This document shows, piece by piece, positions 18,047 to 27,341 of a stretch of DNA of 52,911 nt. Origin of the DNA: a virus. Taxonomy: Duplodnaviria > Caudoviricetes. The notes under the pieces were generated by a model. The model was not told the DNA's origin. It was given only the letters and a program-made list of their open reading frames with translations, and did not search any database. The translations under genes and the position numbers were made by a program. The stretch's first letter is position 1. Every line of letters begins with the position of its first letter. The stretch covers positions 1-52,911 of the IMG/VR virus record IMGVR_UViG_3300037246_001346, one strand, 5' to 3'.

Positions 18047-18265
18047 TCACGTTAGATTTCTTATTTGTCCAATTACAAATCTCGCACAAGATTCGCATAA
18101 ATCAATCATTTCTCCGCTTCCATCAAGATAATCGTTCCACGCTATTGAAATTAACTCCCCCAATACCTGCATTTTCTTATTGCACATCTTACATGTTGAA
18201 TGACATTTCCTTGTCGGCAAATCGGGTAATACCTCATATAGAACCTTAGTGTCTATTGTTTTCAT
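18047..18265 (-). CDS. Zn-finger hypothetical protein
   Basis: CKMC...DLCESC. Confidence 0.6.
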   Translation of the reverse strand: MKTIDTKVLYEVLPDLPTRKCHSTCKMCNKKMQVLGELISIAWNDYLDGSGEMIDLCESCARFVIGQIRNLT

Positions 18266-18268
18266 TAC

Positions 18269-18508
18269 CTATCTCCTTAGACTTGGTATTTCTTTCAGAC
18301 TCCGTAAAATGAATTCTAGCTCATCAACCTGTTTTTTCCTGCTCATCTTATAGAAATCTTTCCAATCCAAATCAATTTTAGTTATACAATTCTCCTTATT
18401 GAATTCAATGGCAGTTCCCCATTTAGGGTGTGCAATCGGGATATTGTTTTTATTCAATTTTACCTCCCTGTCTATCACGTTAGATTTTTGCGGGCATCTA
18501 ATAGTCAT
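18269..18508 (-). CDS. Hypothetical protein (start possibly TTG near 18457)
   Basis: Internal GGAGGT RBS follows the palindrome. Confidence 0.55.
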   Translation of the reverse strand: MTIRCPQKSNVIDREVKLNKNNIPIAHPKWGTAIEFNKENCITKIDLDWKDFYKMSRKKQVDELEFILRSLKEIPSLRR

Positions 18509-18710
18509 CGCCCTTTTTGGTTAAACACTTGTACCGCCATGCCTCCCGTATACTCCAGATAGTGCCCCTGTTGAAACACTTTTCGCAAATCATTTCAGAG
18601 TACCCCTCGATATTATAGATAAGACTGTATACGTCATGTTCAAACTGTCGGTGGCAGATGTCACAGCACCAAAATCCCTCAACTTCCTTTATATCTACTG
18701 AGTTAGACAC
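18498..18710 (-). CDS. Zn-finger hypothetical protein
   Basis: CDIC...ICEKC. Confidence 0.6.
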   Translation of the reverse strand: MSNSVDIKEVEGFWCCDICHRQFEHDVYSLIYNIEGYSEMICEKCFNRGTIWSIREAWRYKCLTKKGDDY

Positions 18711-18724
18711 TTACTTGCCCGATT

Positions 18725-18985
18725 TTATGTCCCTATTACAGATATTCCTATCGTAGCCTCGCCACCTTTTTGGTGTTTGTGCGCCTTGAGGATAGTTCCT
18801 GTCCTGTGCATTTCCTTATTCAATTTTTCAACCTCTTTTTCTAATCCTTGTATCTTTTCCTCTATGTATGCGAATGGAGTTCTCTCATCAATCTCATCTA
18901 TCAATTCACCAAATAATACATCGTCATCTCCCGTATCTTCAACCTTGTCTAGTAATTGAGATGTTTTTAATTTTTTTATATCCAT
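18725..18985 (-). CDS. Coiled-coil hypothetical protein
   Basis: GGAGGT RBS. Confidence 0.65.
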   Translation of the reverse strand: MDIKKLKTSQLLDKVEDTGDDDVLFGELIDEIDERTPFAYIEEKIQGLEKEVEKLNKEMHRTGTILKAHKHQKGGEATIGISVIGT

Positions 18986-19028
18986 TTTAACCTCCTAGGT
19001 TATTTTGTGGCATTTTAGTTCTGCTCTG

Positions 19029-19135
19029 AATGAGGGTTTCATGGTGTCTAACGAAGGAGCCCACGAACGTCATTGGTTCGTTGCGGGCCTTACAGCCCAC
19101 CTTCTTTGGTTATAAGTCACCAATTCACCCTCATT
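19029..19135. ncRNA. Candidate long nested hairpin RNA in an intergenic gap
   Basis: Nested pairings AATGAGGGT/ACCCTCATT, TGGTG/CACCA, GAAGG/CCTTC, GCCC/GGGC and ACGAAC/GTTCGT. Confidence 0.4.
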
Positions 19136-19835
19136 TTGTGGCATTTAATTCCTCATATAATTTATCTATTAAATCAAAGACATAATCAAAAATCTGGTTC
19201 TTATAGAGACAAAGGAAACTATCCACACCTATCCCATGCAGTTCCCTAATATGACATTCATGACATAAGGGCAGAAGATGAGAAGAAAGACCGCCAGCCT
19301 TATCAGTCCTTGGAAAATGAGCTTTTTCGCTCTTCCTTTTCTCATGAAATATACAACTATGTTCTCCCACGTAATCTGTATAATTTTTATTTATTCCCCG
19401 TTGCACCTCCTTTTGTGCTGGCATAGGCTGGCGACCCTTCTCTTTGCGTATCTGGTTAAGAAGGTCTTTATATGACCATGTTTTTGCTCGTGAGAGCCAC
19501 TCTACGGGGTCTTTATCAACAAAAGGTAGTATTAGCTGTAGTCTTTTATGCCCAATTTCTGCGAGATACCCGACATCGTAGTTGAGTTCTTCCACGTATT
19601 TCTCAAATAACCTAATATATGAGTAGCAAGTAGATCGGGCAAATCCAATTTCAGGCATAGCTAAGAACTCATTAAAACTACCACACTCTGAATCAAGGTG
19701 TTTAAAAAGTTTCTTATCCCTTATCTGCTTGAACAAATGCCCGAGGTAAATAACTCGGTTAGTTTCGGCAGACTTGGCTTCTACGATTTTGGTGTACAGG
19801 TCAAAGGCTACGTCAGCTTTCTCTGCTTTGTTCAC
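19131..19835 (-). CDS. Helical DNA-binding domain fused to an HNH/DUF968-like Zn domain
   Basis: LGHLFKQIRDKKLF...SFNEFL...ARSTCYSYIRL; AHFPRT..AGG...LPLCHECH.ELH. Confidence 0.6.
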   Translation of the reverse strand: MNKAEKADVAFDLYTKIVEAKSAETNRVIYLGHLFKQIRDKKLFKHLDSECGSFNEFLAMPEIGFARSTCYSYIRLFEKYVEELNYDVGYLAEIGHKRLQLILPFVDKDPVEWLSRAKTWSYKDLLNQIRKEKGRQPMPAQKEVQRGINKNYTDYVGEHSCIFHEKRKSEKAHFPRTDKAGGLSSHLLPLCHECHIRELHGIGVDSFLCLYKNQIFDYVFDLIDKLYEELNATK

Positions 19836-20114
19836 TTATTTGCCCCGATTTCGTGTTCTCCCATGTAATAAATCATGATATCCCGTTGTTACTAAAGCTA
19901 GATTGAGAATATAATTGTTGCGTATATTTCCGTCAACATGATGTACCTCATAATTAGCTGGAATATCTTGCCTCCAATATCGTATCCAATTTGTTTTTGC
20001 CCTCACCCCAAGATTTCTACGTCTTTTTTGTCGCCCATTTCTTTTACTCGATTTATATTCAATGTGCCCATAACGCTCCCTGAGAATTAATTCCCACTTC
20101 TCACGCATTATCAC
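19836..20114 (-). CDS. Small HNH endonuclease
   Basis: VHHVDGNIRNNYILNLALVT..YH..LH. Confidence 0.75.
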   Translation of the reverse strand: MIMREKWELILRERYGHIEYKSSKRNGRQKRRRNLGVRAKTNWIRYWRQDIPANYEVHHVDGNIRNNYILNLALVTTGYHDLLHGRTRNRGK

Positions 20115-20129
20115 CTTCTGTCTACCCCG

Positions 20130-20417
20130 TTAGACATCGGGGCATCCCTCATAGTCCTTAATTTCCCTTAATAACATCTGCACTATCTCCAGTGGCATAT
20201 TCATCTTTTCTTCTAATATTTTGCGGGCATCTTCTACGGGTATAGAAGTCCTGCCAAAATGCCGTATAGCTTGTTGTAATGTCCATCCCTTGTCATAAAT
20301 CTTATTATCACACCACAATAACCCGTATAGGGCGCAAGTGTGGCATGGTTTACAATTAAACTCCTTCGCCCACAAGAGACAAAAGTTCCGCAATATATCT
20401 TTATCGTGTTCCTTCAT
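20130..20417 (-). CDS. Hypothetical protein
   Basis: 95-aa Cys-containing ORF; its stop lies inside the palindrome. Confidence 0.6.
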   Translation of the reverse strand: MKEHDKDILRNFCLLWAKEFNCKPCHTCALYGLLWCDNKIYDKGWTLQQAIRHFGRTSIPVEDARKILEEKMNMPLEIVQMLLREIKDYEGCPDV

Positions 20418-20550
20418 TTCCTAAAACAGTCCCTTATATCTGCCGTGAGGCATAATAAAAAAGCAAGTAATATAAGCCACCCGTGATTATCTTTTATTAC
20501 TACGTGAAAATGGTCAAACACAATAGATGCGATAAGGAAAAGTAGTAGCC

Positions 20551-21195
20551 TCACCTCAACTCCTTCTTTAGTTTATAAATCTCTAGTAGTTTAATGAATA
20601 TTTCCCATGCCGCGCTACCCATCTCGGGGGTAACCTCCTTCTCTATGAAAGACTCACCCTTGGTGCGTGGTATATTTAGTATCCTCACCTTCTCTCCTTC
20701 ATGCCCGTTTTCATATAGTAACTGCTGATACGCGGTGACTTGTATCACCATCTCTGGGTAAAGTCCCTTCCCTGTTTTGAGGTCAATCAGTTCGTTTACT
20801 CCGTCTACCTTAGCGTAGATGTCAGGTGTACCCCCATATCCAAGTCTTTCATTTACCAGGGGAGTTTCTATAAGTATGGGTTCTATCTTCTTCCCCTTTG
20901 CCCAGTGAAAGAAGCTGTCTGCCGCGTTCTGGGCAAAATTAATCTGGTTCATCGAGTAATCATCTGTGCATGTAGTGTTGCCCAGTAGGCTGTCTGTGAC
21001 AATTTTGTGCGCGAGTGTCCCTATCTCAGCCTTATCGTCCACGAATTTGGTTGTGTCAATTCCTTCCAGCCCCTTCCTATTAGCCCAGTTCACCAGTATT
21101 TGCTTATTCCACCCCAGTTGCCCCGTGATGGTAGTTACACCAGGGCATCTCTTACCAGTTTCTAATCTATATCGTTGGTGCGCTTTTGATTTCAC
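20551..21195 (-). CDS. PD-(D/E)XK exonuclease (Cas4/RecB-like)
   Basis: PGVTTI, GTLAH, E..LV...GYGGTPD...LIDLKTG, QVTAY. Confidence 0.85.
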   Translation of the reverse strand: MKSKAHQRYRLETGKRCPGVTTITGQLGWNKQILVNWANRKGLEGIDTTKFVDDKAEIGTLAHKIVTDSLLGNTTCTDDYSMNQINFAQNAADSFFHWAKGKKIEPILIETPLVNERLGYGGTPDIYAKVDGVNELIDLKTGKGLYPEMVIQVTAYQQLLYENGHEGEKVRILNIPRTKGESFIEKEVTPEMGSAAWEIFIKLLEIYKLKKELR

Positions 21196-21384
21196 TTACT
21201 TGCCGCCGATTCTTATCTCTTGATCGTAAGGAAATTCTACACTTACCCCAAAGTTGAAAAGGGTTATTCCGAAGAACCGAAATGATGGGTGTATATCTGC
21301 GTAAATCTCAAGAAGATGAATCGGGAAACAATGACCATCTTTCATGGAACAACTAAGCCAATAATTAGAAAATTCTATCTTCAT
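21196..21384 (-). CDS. Hypothetical protein
   Basis: MKIEFSNYW..., coupled to the upstream stop; ends IGGK within the junction motif. Confidence 0.55.
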   Translation of the reverse strand: MKIEFSNYWLSCSMKDGHCFPIHLLEIYADIHPSFRFFGITLFNFGVSVEFPYDQEIRIGGK

Positions 21385-22067
21385 TTCCCCTCCAAGACAT
21401 ATTTTTCCCACCTTCTTGCTATTGCCACGCCTACCTCGGCATCGTTTTCATTCTCAAGCCTCATCCCACTACCCACGGCCTTCACACAACATTCTCTGAT
21501 AATGTGAACATCCTTAGTGGTCATGTCTACTGTGGTAGACGGGACAGGCTTCATTTCTACCCTTGACTCTTCCTCAACCGACCTATTAATTAATTCTTCT
21601 TGGCTAAGTTCGCTTAGTTCTTTTCTGGAAAGGTCTTTTAAATCTGGTGGTCGTGGTTCTTTTTCAAGCATCCTCTCTACCTCTGCTTCGGGGCTATCCT
21701 TGGGTCGTTGGTCAGATGATGGTTCATCTGGTGGCTTTAAGTCCGCATTCACATCTACATCGGGTACTTTTAACTGGATATTGTTTATGTTCAAAAATCC
21801 CTTCTCGGTTTTGAATATCTCCACCTCGACTTCCGAGCCTTTTTCTATTACCTTACATGCCTGAAATACTTCGGGGGCACTTTGTTCAAAAGCACTTACC
21901 CAGACATCACCCTTTTTGTACCCACCCTTCTTAAGTAGTTCCCAGTCTGTCCATTGTTTCCAGTCCCCCTCGTTAGAGAAAAACGTAGTATTCTCCAGCA
22001 AGACAGAAACGCGGGCATCCTTAAACGTGACAGCTTTTATTGTTCCGTTAAATCTATACTGTGGCAT
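21381..22067 (-). CDS. Putative ssDNA-binding/recombination protein
   Basis: OB-fold-like beta-rich N-terminus and acidic/Pro linker; adjacent to the exonuclease; GGAGGT RBS. Confidence 0.45.
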   Translation of the reverse strand: MPQYRFNGTIKAVTFKDARVSVLLENTTFFSNEGDWKQWTDWELLKKGGYKKGDVWVSAFEQSAPEVFQACKVIEKGSEVEVEIFKTEKGFLNINNIQLKVPDVDVNADLKPPDEPSSDQRPKDSPEAEVERMLEKEPRPPDLKDLSRKELSELSQEELINRSVEEESRVEMKPVPSTTVDMTTKDVHIIRECCVKAVGSGMRLENENDAEVGVAIARRWEKYVLEGK

Positions 22068-22235
22068 CTTCTAAACCTCCTTGCCCGCTATATGCGGGCA
22101 TCTTATAGTCTATTCTTCTTTCACGGGTACGTCAAGAACTTTCTTTATAGAACACACCCACCTAGGGAAAAAGGAGTTGATGCCCCAAGGTGGACTGTTC
22201 GGAGCACCTGTAAAACCCTTCGATGAGTGTGTCTT

Positions 22236-22293
22236 GTAGACAGTTGTGGACGTTTGATGACACTCGTAGAAAGCATGACGACAAACTGTAGAC
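22236..22293. repeat. Second phased GTAGAC-like array next to an AT-rich tract (candidate origin)
   Basis: Hexamers at 22236, 22246, 22256, 22266, 22277 and 22288; AT-rich tract at 22346-22390. Confidence 0.5.
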
Positions 22294-22409
22294 ACTTTCT
22301 TAAACATCTCCCCCCGAGAACACCCCACGCGCACAGGTGCGTGCGTATAAAGAATATAAGAATATTATATAAAGACTAAGTACTAAAACCTTTCTCATAA
22401 AGGGACGCA

Positions 22410-22670
22410 TTATTTGCCCGATTTTGTGATAGTCACGCCGATTTCGTTGAGCATCTCTTTCATGACATCTGCTACATATCCCCAGTTTTTATGTGTTTCC
22501 ACTCTATACTGTGCCTCGTATGCCCACTCCTTGATGTTTTTCTCTATGATAGTAGGTTGGTTCTTTATGATTGCCACGATTTGGTTATATGCCCGCAAGT
22601 CTTTCGGGGGCTTTGTGCGGGGAAATCTATAGGCATATTCCAGGGATTCCAAGAGTTCTTCTTTTTTCAT
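22410..22670 (-). CDS. Hypothetical protein of the KEELL family
   Basis: MKKEELLE...AYNQIVAII; ends KSGK within the junction motif. Confidence 0.65.
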   Translation of the reverse strand: MKKEELLESLEYAYRFPRTKPPKDLRAYNQIVAIIKNQPTIIEKNIKEWAYEAQYRVETHKNWGYVADVMKEMLNEIGVTITKSGK

Positions 22671-22810
22671 TTTTCCCTCCGTCTACCGCGATAGATGAAT
22701 TGGTTGCCGTGTGAGCCTCTACTTGCCGCGGCACACAGCGCGGCAGTAAAAAATCCTACTATACCTCCAATGAAAAGTCCTATAATAAACCATAACATCT
22801 TAGACCTCCT

Positions 22811-22999
22811 TTACTTACAAATATCGTCATGGAGTTTAATTACTATTATTATTATGAGAATAAGTGTTATCGTTCCTATGAATATCGCATCAAATGGGCG
22901 AGGCAATTTCTCAAGAAGCCAAGTAAAAAATACCCCAAAGGCGATAACAGCGATTGTTCCCACAATAACGATTCCAAATGTTAATAGCCAACACCACAT
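22811..22999 (-). CDS. Two-TM membrane protein, paralog copy 2
   Basis: Near-identical to 13737-13925. Confidence 0.75.
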   Translation of the reverse strand: MWCWLLTFGIVIVGTIAVIAFGVFFTWLLEKLPRPFDAIFIGTITLILIIIIVIKLHDDICK

Positions 23000-23008
23000 A
23001 TTTACCTC

Positions 23009-23215
23009 CTATTTGTTTAAATCCCTAGACGCGGGCATATTTTGACCACATCTCTTACATACTTTTTTCTTATTAAATGCCGCGAAATACCTTAGCTCGA
23101 TCATTCCGAAATTCCAAAACTTAAATTCGGGTTCACGTCTATTGGGATAGACACCTTTAGACCAGAGCCAGGATCGCGGCATCCAAAAGAGTATCTCCCA
23201 CTTACCGAAATTCAT
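23009..23215 (-). CDS. Trp/Phe-rich hypothetical protein
   Basis: Overlap-coupled; C-terminal CKRCGQ. Confidence 0.55.
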   Translation of the reverse strand: MNFGKWEILFWMPRSWLWSKGVYPNRREPEFKFWNFGMIELRYFAAFNKKKVCKRCGQNMPASRDLNK

Positions 23216-23382
23216 TTTTCTGTCTCATTTATTCCCCATTTTTCTATGTTATAGCTGGTGAAATATTTTTTCTTGGCTTTTTGTTCCCTGAGAAATTGAT
23301 GGGCTACTGCACTCTTGGAAAATACGCCCAAAATATCCACATCTTCATAACCAGTGTATTTAAGGACTATCCAAACTTTCAT
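23212..23382 (-). CDS. 56-aa hypothetical protein, paralog of 24914-25093 (absent from the ORF track)
   Basis: MKVWIVLKYTGYEDVDILGVFSKSAVAHQFLREQKAKK; AAGGAG RBS. Confidence 0.7.
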   Translation of the reverse strand: MKVWIVLKYTGYEDVDILGVFSKSAVAHQFLREQKAKKKYFTSYNIEKWGINETEK

Positions 23383-23575
23383 TTTATTTCTCCTTGTCTA
23401 CCTTGTCAGTCATCATCTCCTCCCTTTTCATACCAGCATTTCAAGCACATATACCCCGATTCCGTGGCAGCAACCTCATCTCTACTCAAATTAGATCGCG
23501 GGCATTTACAACAGTTGTAATGGTAGATTTCACCAAGCCAGTCAAGGATGTCTTCGTTTCTCATTTTTGCCTCGA

Positions 23576-24034
23576 TTAACCATTAAATCCTGGGTTCTCC
23601 TTATCCCATTTCTGCCAACACTCTTCTTTCGATGAGAATTTCTTACATGAAGAAAACGCCCCACACGCCCAACATTCTTTCCAATCTGGTTTTAGTTTGT
23701 AATTAGCTGACTGATACCACCATGCGGGACAAGTGTACTTCCTCATTTCTGTCCCTTTGATGAATTTGTCACCCCGTAGCCAATCCTTGTAGGGTAATCC
23801 TCCGAATACGGAACTCTCATCAATTCCTATGCCTGGATTACACTTAACTACCCTAATAATGTCATGCCTCTCTCTTCGTTCCTTAAATGGTGTGTACTTG
23901 TGCTTAAAACGGAAACACCCCGTACCTTCACATTTGTGACAAATTACTCCTGCTTTCTTCAACTCGGCAAGACCCTTGTAAATCCCAGTTCCTTCACATG
24001 ACTTACATTCTTCATTAAATTCTATTTCTTTCAT
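23576..24034 (-). CDS. DnaJ-type CxxCxGxG Zn-finger protein
   Basis: CKSCEGTG and CHKCEGTG. Confidence 0.7.
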   Translation of the reverse strand: MKEIEFNEECKSCEGTGIYKGLAELKKAGVICHKCEGTGCFRFKHKYTPFKERRERHDIIRVVKCNPGIGIDESSVFGGLPYKDWLRGDKFIKGTEMRKYTCPAWWYQSANYKLKPDWKECWACGAFSSCKKFSSKEECWQKWDKENPGFNG

Positions 24035-24228
24035 TCTTTCCTCCCATCTACCCCGCTAGACAGATCGCGGCATAACTTCTCTATACTCTCTTTTAACTTA
24101 TCATATGCCCGCAACCTTGCCACGATTTCATGCGTGTACTCTTCTATTTCATTAGGAGTGTAATCAGTTTGTTCTGGGTGATAAATTATATTGTCGAAAA
24201 ATCCCACAAGGTCTTCTGTTCTTATCAT
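24031..24228 (-). CDS. Hypothetical protein
   Basis: GGAGGT RBS. Confidence 0.6.
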   Translation of the reverse strand: MIRTEDLVGFFDNIIYHPEQTDYTPNEIEEYTHEIVARLRAYDKLKESIEKLCRDLSSGVDGRKE

Positions 24229-24593
24229 GTTACCTCCTTATTTGCCCCAATTTTCTTACCGCAAAATGGGCAGTGGGTAATTTCAAATATTAAATTATCC
24301 CTCTCATCTACTATATAAACTTCTCCCCCTGAACTAATTTCAATGTATCCATAATCGCACTCTACGAACCCCCCGAAATCTTTGCAACAATATTTCATTT
24401 TAGTAATTCGGTTTTTGTCACCTTGCTTCCTTATTTGTCCTGATTTTTCTTCGACTGTGCAAGGTTTACCGCACTTGGCGCATACCCAATTTATTTTTGA
24501 CAAATCCCAAGATTTGGGCAATGAATCTTCTCCATTGTACAAAATATAATCTTCTGGAGTCATTACTCCCAGGTTGCAACACTTACTTTTCAT
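24225..24593 (-). CDS. Zn-ribbon hypothetical protein, possibly two fused small genes
   Basis: SKCC...CAKCGKPC followed by MKYCCKDF...HCPFCGKK. Confidence 0.55.
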   Translation of the reverse strand: MKSKCCNLGVMTPEDYILYNGEDSLPKSWDLSKINWVCAKCGKPCTVEEKSGQIRKQGDKNRITKMKYCCKDFGGFVECDYGYIEISSGGEVYIVDERDNLIFEITHCPFCGKKIGANKEVT

Positions 24594-24859
24594 TTCCCCA
24601 AGGCTCTCCCTATTGCTTGTTGCCGATATTTATTATAAGCTTTTTCTGTAACAAATCTTATCCCACAGTGTCCCAAGTATTCATCTGAAAAATTAGCAAG
24701 TGTAAGCCCATTGAATTCCCTTCCATCATCCATCTTGAGGTTAACAAATACCCCAAACTTATCTTGTTGTTGACTTGTTATGATCCCACATCCCCCATCA
24801 TTCGCCATATCTCCAGTGTAATAAATCCTCGTTCCTTTTTCAAGGTTTTCCTTATTCAT
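24590..24859 (-). CDS. SH3-like beta-barrel hypothetical protein
   Basis: LEKGTRIYYTGDMAN..G.G.I; AAGGAG RBS. Confidence 0.6.
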   Translation of the reverse strand: MNKENLEKGTRIYYTGDMANDGGCGIITSQQQDKFGVFVNLKMDDGREFNGLTLANFSDEYLGHCGIRFVTEKAYNKYRQQAIGRALGK

Positions 24860-24913
24860 TTCATCTCCTTTTATTAAATTTATTACTTGCCCGATTTTCG
24901 GGCATCTCTAATA

Positions 24914-25093
24914 TCATGTTATCTCCTTTTGCCCCGATTTTACTTCCCATTTTTCTACATTATACGAGACGAAATGCTCTTTTTTTGCTTTCTGTTCTTT
25001 CATAAATTGGTGAGCTACTGCACTTCTATGGAATACACCCATGATATAGACATCTTCATAGCCTCTGTATTCGATAACTATCCAAACCTTCAT
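24914..25093 (-). CDS. Hypothetical protein, paralog of 23212-23382
   Basis: MKVWIVIEYRGYEDVYIMGVFHRSAVAHQFMKEQKAKK; GGAGG RBS before 25093. Confidence 0.7.
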   Translation of the reverse strand: MKVWIVIEYRGYEDVYIMGVFHRSAVAHQFMKEQKAKKEHFVSYNVEKWEVKSGQKEIT

Positions 25094-25313
25094 TTTTCCT
25101 CCTTGCCTCCTCCTTATTTGTCTTACCCGATAGACGTTTCGGGGCAATACCTCTGCTTAACCACCTACTAGCTCTATTCTCCCACTTCAGCACCTTATTA
25201 CTCCCATAAATCCTCAGACCACATTCGGGGCAAATAATCTTAACCTCATCTGCGGGCAATACAAAGAATAAGGGCATCATACAGTTGGGACAAAATGTTG
25301 TTATTTCGTTCAT
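25056..25313 (-). CDS. Zn-finger hypothetical protein
   Basis: CPNC...CPECG. Confidence 0.45.
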   Translation of the reverse strand: MNEITTFCPNCMMPLFFVLPADEVKIICPECGLRIYGSNKVLKWENRASRWLSRGIAPKRLSGKTNKEEARRKNEGLDSYRIQRL

Positions 25314-25645
25314 TTCTTCACCTTTCTTTATGAAAATCTTGAATAGCCTGAAACCGCACCCCCTCAAAATCTTCCCATTTTAAATTATTTTCTGCGCAAT
25401 AATCCTTGACGGCTTCTAGGGTATCCCCACAAAAATCAAGAGTATTGTGAACTACCCAAGAAATCTCGACCTCATGTTTACTTTTTTCCATTACATTCTC
25501 CTTTCTATTTGCCCCGATTCAACCTCTTCAATAAGTGAGCGAATAAAGTCAGTTACCTGTTTTAGACTGAATGTTTCGTAATACAGATAATTATAAAGCT
25601 CTACTGCCTTTCCTTTTAACCATTCCTCTGTAATCTCCGACTTTA

Positions 25646-26038
25646 TCATTTCATCCCCTTATTTTGCTCCGATTTTCCCTCCTCAAGCACGGCTAATACG
25701 GCTTTCAGGCAAGCTTCGAGTGGGGTTTTGCCACTCCCTACTTGTTGAGTTTCCGTATACTCATCCATCCATAACCACCACTCTTTTTCATCTCCCTCAT
25801 CGTGGATTAAAAGCACATGGTCTTGGCATCGTTCCCTCAAAAACTCCAAGCAGTCGGATATAGTCCAGAGAGGGATAATCTCATCTGTAGTAACAATGTC
25901 CTTGGTTTGTTTAAATGGCATTGACCACAAATGTATTTCATCTTGATAAAAATACATATCACTTTTTTCGATGTCTTTCCTGTGCTTCTCCGCTACCTGC
26001 CTACACAGGCTTATTTCTTTTTTGGTGAATTTATTCAT
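25646..26038 (-). CDS. Hypothetical phage protein
   Basis: IPLWTISDCLEFL...GKTPLEACLKAVL; strong RBS. Confidence 0.7.
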   Translation of the reverse strand: MNKFTKKEISLCRQVAEKHRKDIEKSDMYFYQDEIHLWSMPFKQTKDIVTTDEIIPLWTISDCLEFLRERCQDHVLLIHDEGDEKEWWLWMDEYTETQQVGSGKTPLEACLKAVLAVLEEGKSEQNKGMK

Positions 26039-26070
26039 TTTTATTCTCCTTTATTTAAATTACCCGATGT

Positions 26071-26313
26071 CTAACCCGATAGATTCCTTATTGCTTCTTT
26101 AATGTCTTTTAATCTGGAGTGTCCAAGCTCTTCTCCACTTGGCATAACTAATACAAAGCACAAGGGAATAGCTGAGACACTTTGAGGAAAGCCACAATAC
26201 CAGATGATTTTTCCCCCTTGCCTCCCAAATTCCCTCAAATTCTTACTCCAGGCGGTTTTCCCACACCATTTTTCCCATTGTTTAGCTACATAATTACATT
26301 CTAACTTATCCAT
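26071..26313 (-). CDS. Hypothetical protein
   Basis: GGAGGT RBS; stop lies inside the palindrome. Confidence 0.6.
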   Translation of the reverse strand: MDKLECNYVAKQWEKWCGKTAWSKNLREFGRQGGKIIWYCGFPQSVSAIPLCFVLVMPSGEELGHSRLKDIKEAIRNLSG

Positions 26314-26919
26314 TTAACCTCCTTTATTTGTCTACCACGTTAGAATCGTGGCAAGTATAATCTTCTAAGTCCCATAGTAAATCCATTTGATCTACCCATT
26401 CATTACAGCACTCGCATAATTGTTTAATCATTTGCTTGCCCTCTTCTATTCTTCTTATCCTCGGTTTTTATTTCTACTCCCAGTTCTTGGAGCATTTTAA
26501 TTAATTCCCCTCTAATAAATTCGGCATCGTCTTGCATCCATCGGCGAACCCACTTATCTATAAACTCTTTACCTGCTTTCATTTTTTATTCCTTTCTCCT
26601 TTTATTACTTGCCCCGATTTTATATCCTTTTCGATCTTATAGAATACATACTCTGCTACCTTCCTGAATAGTCCTTGACTCATAAATATCTTAACCCATT
26701 TCTTTTTTATTTGTTGTTTAGTCATTATTTAATCCTTGATGAATAAACCTGGTGTTTTCCCTTGTTGTGGGTAGCACAGGCCGTATGGCCATGCCGATTT
26801 TCAAAGTCAAGTAACGCCTGGGCTACGTCAACGTCATCGGTTTCAGTTATTAATTCAAGCTCTTGACTAAAATACCAAATTGTCTTATTCGTCATGTTGT
26901 CTCCTTTTTATTCATTTAG

Positions 26920-27141
26920 TTATTTGCCCCGATTTAATATAATCTTAATCTGCTTCAATAATACTATCTTTGTTTCCATTTCTAATTGGATTAAAGCTAA
27001 TGGGGCGTTGATTTCGATAAGTGCAGGCTTATAATGAAAACGTGCATCATCCTCTATTTCTTTAATACCCTTATCAATAAACTTAATTAATTCGTTCATC
27101 ATTATATAAGCCTCTGATTTGTGTTTATCTTTATTACACAC
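26920..27141 (-). CDS. Hypothetical protein
   Basis: INAPLALIQLEME motif; ends NRGK within the junction motif. Confidence 0.6.
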   Translation of the reverse strand: MCNKDKHKSEAYIMMNELIKFIDKGIKEIEDDARFHYKPALIEINAPLALIQLEMETKIVLLKQIKIILNRGK

Positions 27142-27305
27142 TCTCTTTCTTCTAAATTATTAAGCGGTCTACATTCCTTAACTTTACAATCTTGACAATA
27201 CCAAGTTACGTTGATTCTCCTTTCCCATGTATCTGATTTGGGACAATGAAAATGTAATAGCCTTACAGTTTTTTTTTCAATCATTATATTCTCCTTTTTA
27301 TTCAT
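27102..27305 (-). CDS. Cys-containing hypothetical protein
   Basis: First ORF downstream of a leftward promoter. Confidence 0.5.
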   Translation of the reverse strand: MNKKENIMIEKKTVRLLHFHCPKSDTWERRINVTWYCQDCKVKECRPLNNLEERECVIKINTNQRLI

Positions 27306-27313
27306 TTGCCCTT

Positions 27314-27341
27314 ATAATACGCCCATTAAAGTAAAAGTCAA
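27314..27341 (-). promoter_or_regulatory. Leftward sigma70-like promoter
   Basis: TTGACT-16 bp-TATTAT; same layout as 28027-28054. Confidence 0.6.

Noticed and set aside
20551-21195. Cas4 indicating a CRISPR-related system
   Set aside because: No four-Cys Fe-S motif or cas context; an ordinary phage PD-(D/E)XK exonuclease
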